Under the pieces are notes generated by a model. It was not told the DNA's origin. It did not search any database and was given only the letters and a program-made list of their open reading frames with translations. From Candidatus Sumerlaeota bacterium (lineage in GTDB: Bacteria; Sumerlaeota; Sumerlaeia; JABWBI01), in contig JAFGKF010000025.1 of the NCBI GenBank assembly GCA_016928695.1, forward strand, positions 1 to 23,093: DNA of 23,093 bases. The letters run 5' to 3'. Both the position numbers and the translations under genes were made by a program. Below, one piece after another: positions 15,778-23,093 of the stretch (its first letter is position 1; every line of letters starts with the position of its first letter).

Positions 15778-16820
15778 GTCAGAATGTCTGCGCCACCCCG
15801 GCGCACGACCACCATGTCCTCGATGCGCACCCCTCCGAATCCAGGCAGATAGATCCCGGGTTCGATCGTGATCACCATCCCCGCCTGGAGTCTCTCCTTC
15901 GATGTGGAGGCGATGCGCGGCGCCTCGTGGATCTCGAGCCCGACGCCGTGGCCCGTGCCGTGACCGAAGCGGTCGCCGTGGCCCGCTCTGCGGATCACCT
16001 CGCGCGCCGCGCCATCCACATCGCGGGCGCGCACGCCAGCGCGCACCGCGCCGAGGGCGGCGAGCTGGGCCTCGAGCACAATCTCATAGGTCTGACGCTG
16101 CCGACGTGACGGTTTGCCGATGACGAGGGTCCGCGTCATGTCCGAGCAGTGACCGCTCAGAACCAATCCGAAATCGAGGAGGAGAAAATGGCCCGTGCGG
16201 ATCGGGCGGTTCCCAGGGGTCGCGTGGGGGAGCGCACTGTTGGCACCTGTGGCCACGATGGGGGGAAACGAGGGGCCCTCGCCCCACCGCTCCTCGAACT
16301 CGCGCCGGAGCCAGCGCGCCACCTCACTCTCGGTCAGCGCGCCGCGCCGCAGTCGGCGACGCAGCCACGGGATCGCATCCTGGAAAATGGCATCGCCCAC
16401 GCGCACGGCGCGGCGGATCGCTGTGATCTCGGGCTCGCTCTTCACCGCGCGGAGCGCACTCAGAATCAGTGTCGCATTGGCGACACGCGCGCCGGGTGGC
16501 AGCAGCCTCCGGGCCCAGAGCCACTGATCGTGGGGCAGGCACCCCTCCAGCGCGAGGCGCTCGCCTGTGTGCCGGGCGAGGAGCCGTGCGATCTGCTCCC
16601 CTGCACCCTGGGCCTGTTCCACGATGCGCATCCCTGCGAGGCTGGCCCGCGCGGTCTCGATGTAGCGGAAATCCGTGAGAAAGGTCGGCTCTCCGCGGGA
16701 GGGGACGACGGTGAACGAGGCGGTGCCGCGGAAGCCCGTCAGCCAGTGCGTCGCCACGCGGCTGACGATCAGCGCGGCGCGGATTCCCCGCCGCCGCAGA
16801 TCCCGCTGAAACAGCCGCAT
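15747..16820 (-). CDS. M24-family metallopeptidase (Xaa-Pro aminopeptidase/prolidase-like).
   Basis: C-terminal pita-bread motifs (LLLDFG...HCSDMTRT, GHGTGHGVGLEIHE, VITIEPGIY, RIEDMVVV). An N-terminus MRLFQRDLRRRGIRAALI typical of this family supports ATG 16820. An alternative GTG at 16859 would overlap the ExbD stop (GTGA). Confidence 0.8.
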   Translation of the reverse strand: MRLFQRDLRRRGIRAALIVSRVATHWLTGFRGTASFTVVPSRGEPTFLTDFRYIETARASLAGMRIVEQAQGAGEQIARLLARHTGERLALEGCLPHDQWLWARRLLPPGARVANATLILSALRAVKSEPEITAIRRAVRVGDAIFQDAIPWLRRRLRRGALTESEVARWLRREFEERWGEGPSFPPIVATGANSALPHATPGNRPIRTGHFLLLDFGLVLSGHCSDMTRTLVIGKPSRRQRQTYEIVLEAQLAALGAVRAGVRARDVDGAAREVIRRAGHGDRFGHGTGHGVGLEIHEAPRIASTSKERLQAGMVITIEPGIYLPGFGGVRIEDMVVVRRGGADILTQSPKELISL

Positions 16821-16855
16821 GTGATCGCGGGGATCGATCGCCGCTCGACGCGTGG

Positions 16856-17284
16856 TCACAGCCGAGGCGCCCCCGTGGCGGGCTCTGCTCTGACATCGGC
16901 GAAGGGGATCCCGAGGTGCACGAGGGCGCTCACCACGTCGACGAAAGCCTGCATGGGGGCCTCGCCATCGCTGACGATCTCCACCGGATCGCCTGGGCGC
17001 GTCTCCGTGATCTCCGCGAGCCGTGTCTCCAGCGCCCCGCGTGGGATCATCTCCCCGCCGATGAAGATCTCACCCTCCGCAGTGATCACCACACCGATCG
17101 CCTCACGCTGCTGCGCCGTCGATTCGATCGGGGCCTCGGGCAGCCGCACCTCGAGCCGCGCCTCGTCCTCGCGGATCGTCGTCGCCACGAGGAAGAAGAA
17201 GATCAGGATGAAAATGCAGTCGAGCAGAGGCGTGAGGTTCATCTCCTCGTCCTCGGAGTCGACCACGGTGGGCCGCGCGTTCAC
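16856..17284 (-). CDS. ExbD/TolR-family biopolymer transport protein (single TM plus periplasmic domain) with no adjacent ExbB/TolQ partner.
   Basis: MNLTPLLDCIFILIFFFLVATT TM helix, then LEVRLPEA and a periplasmic domain, matching the ExbD/TolR layout. A GTG start at 17284 is preceded by GAGGAGG (7-nt spacer) and overlaps the upstream gene's TGA (GTGA). The long N-terminal ORF extension to 17476 is rejected. Confidence 0.7.
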   Translation of the reverse strand: MNARPTVVDSEDEEMNLTPLLDCIFILIFFFLVATTIREDEARLEVRLPEAPIESTAQQREAIGVVITAEGEIFIGGEMIPRGALETRLAEITETRPGDPVEIVSDGEAPMQAFVDVVSALVHLGIPFADVRAEPATGAPRL

Positions 17285-18663
17285 GCCTCCACCTCCTCGG
17301 CCCCGTGGGCCTCGTCCTCGGCGAGGGTGATCGATGCGAGGCTCACGCCGAAGATCGCCCAGATGATGACGCCGAGCTGCTCGCGCAGATAGAAGCTGAT
17401 CAGTCCCACCACGATGATCAGGAGCTGAAGCGTCACCAGAATCGAGAGACCCGACACGCGGCCGCGCAGTCGCCACCAGGTCCTCGCGGTCGCGACGAAG
17501 AGGCCGAAGTGAAAGATCAGGAATCCCAGGCCGCCGATCACGCCGACCTCCGAGGTCATCTCCAGCCAGATGTTGTGTGCGTGGGGCTTGTGCTGTGTCT
17601 CCTCGGGGACGGCGTACTCGTCATAGATCTCCTCGAAGATCCGCCAGGAGTAGCCCACCCCCGTCAGCGGATTCTCGCGGATCATGGCCCATGCCCCATG
17701 CCATCCGCGGAAGCGGTACATCATGGAGGACCAGTTGTCCTGGTAGGTCGAGGGGCTGAAGATCGTCAGGTAGTGGTTGCGCACGTGGGTGGGCATCAGC
17801 AGCCAGGTGCAGAGCGTGCCCACCACGAGAAGCCCGAGCAGAAGACGCCAGTTGGCCACCGCCGTCATGAAGAGGACGGAGATCACCAGACCCACGAGTC
17901 CACCGCGGTTGAGCGAGAGCATCAGCGCCCAGAGGGGCACCGCAGCCAACAGCCACCAGAGCCAGCGCGCTCGCCTGGCGGTGCTGCCCGCGTAGATCAC
18001 GAGCACAGCCACGAGAGCCGAGAAGAAGCCCAGCTTGTTGTGGTGCTCCAGTGGAAACTGTGCCCGGAGTGTCTGGGGATCCGAGGGGATGTCGTGGTCG
18101 ATCACCTCATCTCGCTGCCAGGCCTCGCGTGTCACCTCATCCGCCCCGTGCAGATAGAATTGATAGGTCGCGACCGCCATGGCACAGACGAGCAGACCGC
18201 TGATGGTGAGCACCATGGCCAGTCGCCTGAGCTCAGCGCGCGATGTCGTTCCGAGCACGATGCCGAGAAACACGATCAGATAGACAAAGAGCTCCTTGCG
18301 GAAAAAGCGCCAGCTCTCGGAGGGGAAGCGGCTCGTGATACAGGCGATGATCACGGCCACCAGGAAGACGGCCAGACCCCAGCACCACGGCCGGGCCAGA
18401 GCCCGCCAGTTGAGCGCTCCGCCGAACCACGGGATGGCCAGCATCGACACCGCCGTCAGCGCCAGGCAGAGGTGCCAGGCCCATCCGCTGCTCCACATCT
18501 CCCACGGCACCAGGAGAATCAGGCCCGCGAGGCCGAGGAAGAGGCCTCGGCGGCTCAGGCGCAGCCACCACTGCTGCTTCTCACGCCAGTCGCGCTCCGC
18601 CTGTGAGAGAGAACGCTCAGGTGCGGGTGAATCCGGCGAGCTGGTCTCGTCAGCACACATCAT
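17281..18663 (-). CDS. Wzy_C/O-antigen-ligase family polytopic membrane protein (WaaL-like).
   Basis: About 10-12 predicted TM helices, a large periplasmic loop, and the signature H-N-x9-G-x2-G (HAHNIWLEMTSEVGVIGG) characteristic of O-antigen ligase, PglL and Wzy_C proteins. ATG at 18663 or 18660. Confidence 0.7.
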   Translation of the reverse strand: MMCADETSSPDSPAPERSLSQAERDWREKQQWWLRLSRRGLFLGLAGLILLVPWEMWSSGWAWHLCLALTAVSMLAIPWFGGALNWRALARPWCWGLAVFLVAVIIACITSRFPSESWRFFRKELFVYLIVFLGIVLGTTSRAELRRLAMVLTISGLLVCAMAVATYQFYLHGADEVTREAWQRDEVIDHDIPSDPQTLRAQFPLEHHNKLGFFSALVAVLVIYAGSTARRARWLWWLLAAVPLWALMLSLNRGGLVGLVISVLFMTAVANWRLLLGLLVVGTLCTWLLMPTHVRNHYLTIFSPSTYQDNWSSMMYRFRGWHGAWAMIRENPLTGVGYSWRIFEEIYDEYAVPEETQHKPHAHNIWLEMTSEVGVIGGLGFLIFHFGLFVATARTWWRLRGRVSGLSILVTLQLLIIVVGLISFYLREQLGVIIWAIFGVSLASITLAEDEAHGAEEVEA

Positions 18664-18668
18664 CCCAG

Positions 18669-19670
18669 TCAAGAACTCCTCTCGCCGGATCGCAAGGGAA
18701 ACCGCTCGGTCACCGCGCGCACCACCCTTGCGCGGATCGCAGCCATCTCGGCCGCATGGGTGTCCGCAGAGCCCTTGCGGACGAGCGAACGGAGCTTGGA
18801 GAGATCTCGGAGCACCATGAAGAGCGGCAGGCGACTCCGGATCGCCTCCGCCTCCTCGGCCGACCGGTGCGCCAGATAGGGTCCCAGCAGAGGCTCGGGA
18901 TCACCCTCGGGGATGGCCAGGGCGTGGAGGCTGGCCACCAGGTCGGGCTCAGGCGGACCGTATTGCAGCGAACCGATGTCGATCAGCATCACCTGCCCTG
19001 TGGGGTGAATCAGCAGATCATCCTCCGCGACGTGATTGTGGACGAGGGCGAAATCGCGATGCGGTGGCATCGCCCCGCGCTGGGCTCTCGTCCACTCCGC
19101 GAGCCGCGCGGGGGTCAGCGGTGCAATGAGATCCGCGTGGTCCCCGAGGAACGCCAGGCGATGGCCGATCATGCGATCCAGGCGTGGTCTGAAATCCAGA
19201 CGGGGCCTGCCAACCGGCCATCCCCACGCGGGGGCACGGACGGCATGGAGAGCCCCGAGCGACTGCGCCAGCGCAGAGGCGTGGCCGACGCGCTCGCTCT
19301 CAGGCACCGAGGCGAGACTGTTGCCCTCGAGCCACTCCTCCACAAACACGGGTCCGCCCACTCTCCGCGTCCTCCACCATGACATCTCCGCGCCGAGGAG
19401 CTGTGGCAGAGGGCGGCGCCCACCCACGGGGTCCACACACTCCGCCAGAGTGTGGGCCCAGAGGAGCCGCTTTGCCGCACGGCGAATTTCGCAGCGGCGA
19501 ACGATCGCGACCGGCCGATCTTCGGACAGTGCGATCCAGACATCACCGGACGATCCGTCCGATGGCCGGATCAGTGTGACGCTCTCCACAGACACGCCGG
19601 GCAGAAGGTCGGGGCGGCGCCTCAGGAGCTGCTCCAGGCACTCTGTGACACCCATTTTGCCTCTGCCCAT
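18669..19670 (-). CDS. Protein-kinase-like fold phosphotransferase (APH / LPS-kinase Kdo-WaaP family).
   Basis: Catalytic-loop and DFG-like motifs (ALVHNHVAEDDLLIHPTGQVMLIDIGS) and a Gly/Lys N-lobe pattern. Start is ATG 19670 or ATG 19655. It lies 5 nt upstream of the Wzy_C gene. Confidence 0.55.
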   Translation of the reverse strand: MGRGKMGVTECLEQLLRRRPDLLPGVSVESVTLIRPSDGSSGDVWIALSEDRPVAIVRRCEIRRAAKRLLWAHTLAECVDPVGGRRPLPQLLGAEMSWWRTRRVGGPVFVEEWLEGNSLASVPESERVGHASALAQSLGALHAVRAPAWGWPVGRPRLDFRPRLDRMIGHRLAFLGDHADLIAPLTPARLAEWTRAQRGAMPPHRDFALVHNHVAEDDLLIHPTGQVMLIDIGSLQYGPPEPDLVASLHALAIPEGDPEPLLGPYLAHRSAEEAEAIRSRLPLFMVLRDLSKLRSLVRKGSADTHAAEMAAIRARVVRAVTERFPLRSGERSS

Positions 19671-19679
19671 GGCCGAGCC

Positions 19680-22265
19680 TCAGCCCGCATCGGGGCGCAG
19701 GAGGCCGCGCCATCCCCTCTTGTTTCCGACTGTCTCGACCAGTGCAGGGATCAGGGTGATCGCCGAGATCAGGGTGACGGCGACACCGACGAGCGCCAGC
19801 AGCCCCAGCGCCTGGATGCCTCGGAACGAGGCCAGCGACAGGGCTCCGAAGCCCAGGATTGTCGAGAGGGAGGTGATGACGACCGCCCGGCCCGTCTTGA
19901 CGAGGGCGACGTCGATGCAGCCGTGGGCCGTGCCGCGGTGGCGCTCGATGATGTGGAGGCCGTTGTCGATGCCCAGCCCGATGATGATGGGCAGGGCGAG
20001 CACATTGATGAAGTTCAGCGAGGCCCCGGCCAGCGCCATGAGCCCCAGCGTCCAGAGCACCGCCGTCAGAACAGGCACGGTGACGAGGAGTGCGGTGCGG
20101 AAGGATCGGAAGTGGAACCACAGCACCGCCACCACACCCAGCGTCACGACGAAGACGGTCAGCACCAGATCGCGCTTGATCAGACGGCGCAGATTGTCGA
20201 CCAGGGCGGTCACGCCGGTGACCTCGAGTGTCACCTCACCACCCGAGGCTGTGCCCACCTGCTCGCGGAGTGTCTGAGTGAGATCGTCAATCAGGAGCCC
20301 CTGGGCCTCACCGCTCCACGGGCTGCCATGGGGATACACGCTGGTCATCACGCGGTAGTTCTCGCCCGATCGCGTCACGTAGTTGGTCACGAGTCGGCGC
20401 AGCGACTGGCGGCTGGCGAGGCTCAGGCGCAGAGGATCGGCCTCGAGCGTCTGACGCTTCCAGGCGCGGAGGCGATCGAGGCTCATCTGAACGGCGGCGG
20501 GGCTGAGGCCCACGGCGGCGGCCTCCGCCCGGAAGGCCTCACCGACGGCATCGACGTCGAACGAGTCAATCATGCGCTGAGTCTGTGTCTGCCCCTCGAC
20601 ACTCGGCAGCAGGGTCCGCAGCGAGTCGATCGCGGCGATGCCGTGGTCCTCGCTGATCTCGACGAGGCGGCGGCTCAGGACATCGTTCGCGCTGAGAGCC
20701 GACTGGAGATTCGGCCCACGGCTCACCGTCAGAAGCAGCGGCTGGCTCGGCAGGCCGAAGCGGTTGGCCACGCGATTCTGCAGAGAGATCTGCTCGGGGG
20801 GGATCTCGCGGAGGTGGAAGAGGTTGTCGTCGAACTGGATTCCGATCGCGAGAAAACCGAGCCAGGCCGTGACGATCAGTCCCCCCAGGAGGGTGGTCCG
20901 TGGGCGGCGCACCACGGCATCGGCCAGTCCCTCCAGGCCGAAGCTCGTCAGGCGCTGATATCGGCTCCTCGGCTGGCGATGGTGGAGGACCATGAGAAGG
21001 GAGGGCATCAGGAAATACATGGAGAGCAGACAGCAGAGCACACCGGTGCCGCCGATGATGCCCAGCTCCCGGAATCCCGGGAAATCGGTCAGGAGAAGGG
21101 CGAAGAATCCCAGAGCGGTCGTCACCGCGCTGGTGAAGACGCCGGGCCCCACCTCGACGAGCGCTGTCCTCACGCTCTGGCGAGAGCGATTGCCCTCGAG
21201 CCGGTCCTCGAGGAAGCGGTTGTAGAGATGGATCCCGAAGTCGATGCCGAGGCCCAGAACGATGGCTGCGAAGGCGCAGGTCACGATCGTCAGGTGGCCG
21301 ATGAAGAGCGCGATCAGTCCCAGCGTCCAGATGATGCCCACAGCGAGGGGGAGGCCGACAAAGAGGATGGCCGAGAGGCGGCGGAACGCGATGATGAACA
21401 GGATGATGACACAGAGTCCCGAGGCCAGCGCCGTGCTCACCACATCTTTGCGCAGAAGGCTGGTGTCGTAGAGTGTCTCGGTGTGGGGGCCGAGGTAGCC
21501 GATGCGGACATGCCCGCCGAGAGCCGCCTCCACGCTGCCGGCGGCCGTGCGGACATGGTGCATCAGGGCCTGCGAGAAGAGGAGATCCGTCGGTGGCTTG
21601 AGGGGGCGGATCACCAGGAGCAGCATCGTGCCATCCTGCGAGATGAAGCGTCCGGAGCGGGGATCGAATCTGACGGGGCTCCGCGTCAGGAGCAGCTGGC
21701 GCAGGAGCGTGTTGCCGAGCTGGAGGGGGTCGCGCATCTGCTCGCGTGCCACACGGGGGGACAGAGGGCCCGACAGGAGATGGCGGAGATGCACCGCCCG
21801 CGCGTGGAGCGCCTCCTCATTGAACAGGGCATCGCGCACACTCGGCCACTGCTCGGCGGGCAGCAGCAGACCATGGGTGATGCCGGTCGCCTCGCCGTAG
21901 TGATCCTGGGTGTCGGGATCGAGCGACCACTGCACCTCGAAGACGAACTCGGGGTTGTCCAGGGCAACCGCAAGGCGCTGAGCCGCATCGATCAGCAGCG
22001 GGATGTCCGCTGAGCCGCTGGAGGTCTCGATCACACCGTAGAGATGATCGAGCGCGCCGAAGTCCCGCACCGCCCGCCGATAGGCCCGGACCTCCGGCAT
22101 CTCACCGGGGAGCTGACGCAGGATGTCGGTGTCGATGTTCTGAAGGGGCTCGAGTGCCACGCTGCCCGCGAGCAGGGTCACCAGCAGCGCGACCAGCACC
22201 ACGAGCCGCGGATGACGCGTCGTGACGCTGGCGATCGCCTCGTGGAATGTGCGTCGCAGAGCCAT
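19680..22265 (-). CDS. MMPL/RND-superfamily membrane exporter (HpnN-like, 861 aa).
   Basis: Two repeats of about 6 TM segments each preceded by a periplasmic domain. Sterol-sensing-domain-like segments (GLGIDFGIHLYNRF..., GLGIDNGLHIIERH) typical of the MMPL/HpnN family. ATG at 22265 with a GAGGTGA SD. Confidence 0.8.
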   Translation of the reverse strand: MALRRTFHEAIASVTTRHPRLVVLVALLVTLLAGSVALEPLQNIDTDILRQLPGEMPEVRAYRRAVRDFGALDHLYGVIETSSGSADIPLLIDAAQRLAVALDNPEFVFEVQWSLDPDTQDHYGEATGITHGLLLPAEQWPSVRDALFNEEALHARAVHLRHLLSGPLSPRVAREQMRDPLQLGNTLLRQLLLTRSPVRFDPRSGRFISQDGTMLLLVIRPLKPPTDLLFSQALMHHVRTAAGSVEAALGGHVRIGYLGPHTETLYDTSLLRKDVVSTALASGLCVIILFIIAFRRLSAILFVGLPLAVGIIWTLGLIALFIGHLTIVTCAFAAIVLGLGIDFGIHLYNRFLEDRLEGNRSRQSVRTALVEVGPGVFTSAVTTALGFFALLLTDFPGFRELGIIGGTGVLCCLLSMYFLMPSLLMVLHHRQPRSRYQRLTSFGLEGLADAVVRRPRTTLLGGLIVTAWLGFLAIGIQFDDNLFHLREIPPEQISLQNRVANRFGLPSQPLLLTVSRGPNLQSALSANDVLSRRLVEISEDHGIAAIDSLRTLLPSVEGQTQTQRMIDSFDVDAVGEAFRAEAAAVGLSPAAVQMSLDRLRAWKRQTLEADPLRLSLASRQSLRRLVTNYVTRSGENYRVMTSVYPHGSPWSGEAQGLLIDDLTQTLREQVGTASGGEVTLEVTGVTALVDNLRRLIKRDLVLTVFVVTLGVVAVLWFHFRSFRTALLVTVPVLTAVLWTLGLMALAGASLNFINVLALPIIIGLGIDNGLHIIERHRGTAHGCIDVALVKTGRAVVITSLSTILGFGALSLASFRGIQALGLLALVGVAVTLISAITLIPALVETVGNKRGWRGLLRPDAG

Positions 22266-22269
22266 CGGC

Positions 22270-23093
22270 TCACCTCATCCGGAGCTGCCAGAGCGCATGG
22301 ATCTCAGCCCCGCGCGGCGGGGGAAGGTCGAACACCTGATCAGCGAAGCGGCGGTTGAGAAGGATCCGGTTCACCTCGCCGCTCACACTCCAGATCTCAC
22401 CGCGTCGCCACCGGCGCCAGGGGCGCTCGACCAGCGCGAGGCGAAACTCGCTGGGGAGCACCAGACCCTCCTCGCTCGGCACACCCCCTCCCTCCTCGGT
22501 GACGTCGAACGCAGTGTAGGCATCCAGGGTGATCCAGAGCCAGAGGGAATCGCCTCCATTCATGGGGGGCAGGCGGAGGGCGAGCCCCTCGACCGTCAGC
22601 GTGTCGGGGCGAATGGCCCAGATCTCCTCCTCGAAGGTCCGCCACCAGGGGTCCTCGGCATCGCTGGGATCGCCACGGAGAAAAGTGTGCCGCCGCCAGC
22701 AGGAGCCCTCAGGCCTCCCCACCGGGCGCAGATCGGGCAGGCGCTGGGCAAAGATCTCATCGATGAGGGGAACCGCCACCAGTGATGACGCGTCCGTGGG
22801 CATGTTGCGCCGGATCGAGGGATCGAGTGTCTCCGTCGGCCCGCGGAAATAGAGCCCCTCCTGATCATAGAGGATCGTCGTCCACCCATCGCACTGGAGA
22901 AACTGGCGGATGGTGACCGGTGGAGGCCGGTTGAGGCGAAGACGGACATCGCCCGGCTCACGCCACATCAGGTTCGCATCGAGCCCCCAGCGGCCCACGA
23001 TCTCCCCGCCCGCGATGGTCACGTGGGCCATCATCTGCACGGAGGTGGGCCCGATGGCGCGCTGAGCGGCGATGCTCGCCATCTGGTCGACCG
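22270..23093 (-). CDS. Hypothetical protein, probably 5'-truncated by the window edge. Possibly a periplasmic LolA-like partner of the MMPL exporter.
   Basis: The ORF is open to the window end. There is no signal peptide or SD at the in-window ATG at 23082. Its stop lies 4 nt from the MMPL start. The LolA-like call rests only on a remembered co-occurrence of MMPL exporters with LolA-like proteins (for example aryl-polyene clusters) and is weak. Confidence 0.35.
   Translation of the reverse strand, partial: VDQMASIAAQRAIGPTSVQMMAHVTIAGGEIVGRWGLDANLMWREPGDVRLRLNRPPPVTIRQFLQCDGWTTILYDQEGLYFRGPTETLDPSIRRNMPTDASSLVAVPLIDEIFAQRLPDLRPVGRPEGSCWRRHTFLRGDPSDAEDPWWRTFEEEIWAIRPDTLTVEGLALRLPPMNGGDSLWLWITLDAYTAFDVTEEGGGVPSEEGLVLPSEFRLALVERPWRRWRRGEIWSVSGEVNRILLNRRFADQVFDLPPPRGAEIHALWQLRMR

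Noticed and set aside
16856-18672. Initial guess that the gene upstream of the ExbD-like ORF was its ExbB/TolQ/MotA partner.
   Set aside because: The protein is 460 aa with 10 or more TM helices and the HNx9Gx2G Wzy_C signature. It does not have the 3-TM ExbB/TolQ architecture.
1-23093. CRISPR arrays, IS elements, integrases and prophage genes.
   Set aside because: No repeat-spacer periodicity and no transposase, integrase or phage-like ORFs were seen in any frame.

Overview
This window is a high-GC (about two-thirds G+C by eye) bacterial chromosomal segment, densely coding. I see no transposase, integrase or CRISPR array. From the left, on the + strand: the 3' end of a tRNA-Gly(UCC) with a perfect palindromic terminator, then a lipoprotein gene, a soluble PAS histidine kinase and an NtrC-family sigma-54 response regulator. 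Next comes an NfeD-flotillin operon with a clear sigma-70-like promoter, then a DUF2179/UPF0316 membrane protein, a DinB-family protein, arabinose-5-phosphate isomerase (KpsF/KdsD, SIS domain plus two CBS domains), SMC and a class I/II aminotransferase. A divergent AT-richer intergenic region follows, with a secreted endonuclease/exonuclease/phosphatase (EEP) family gene on the - strand and two tandem PhyH-type Fe(II)/2-oxoglutarate dioxygenase paralogs on the + strand. The right-hand 7.3 kb is one tightly packed, co-directional minus-strand gene string: a partial hypothetical (possibly LolA-like) protein, an MMPL/RND exporter, a kinase-fold protein of the LPS-kinase or aminoglycoside phosphotransferase (APH) family, a Wzy_C (O-antigen-ligase family) membrane protein, an orphan ExbD/TolR-like protein and an M24 peptidase. 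That right-hand string is the most unusual feature of the window and my best candidate for an undescribed envelope glycoconjugate or lipid assembly-export module. Other points worth a second look are a dense GATC-containing octamer tandem-repeat patch upstream of smc, a Cys-rich cytoplasmic PAS sensor coupled to a sigma-54 activator, and the PhyH/PhyH/EEP/aminotransferase group. The many long antisense ORFs in the six-frame track are GC-driven artefacts and are not called.
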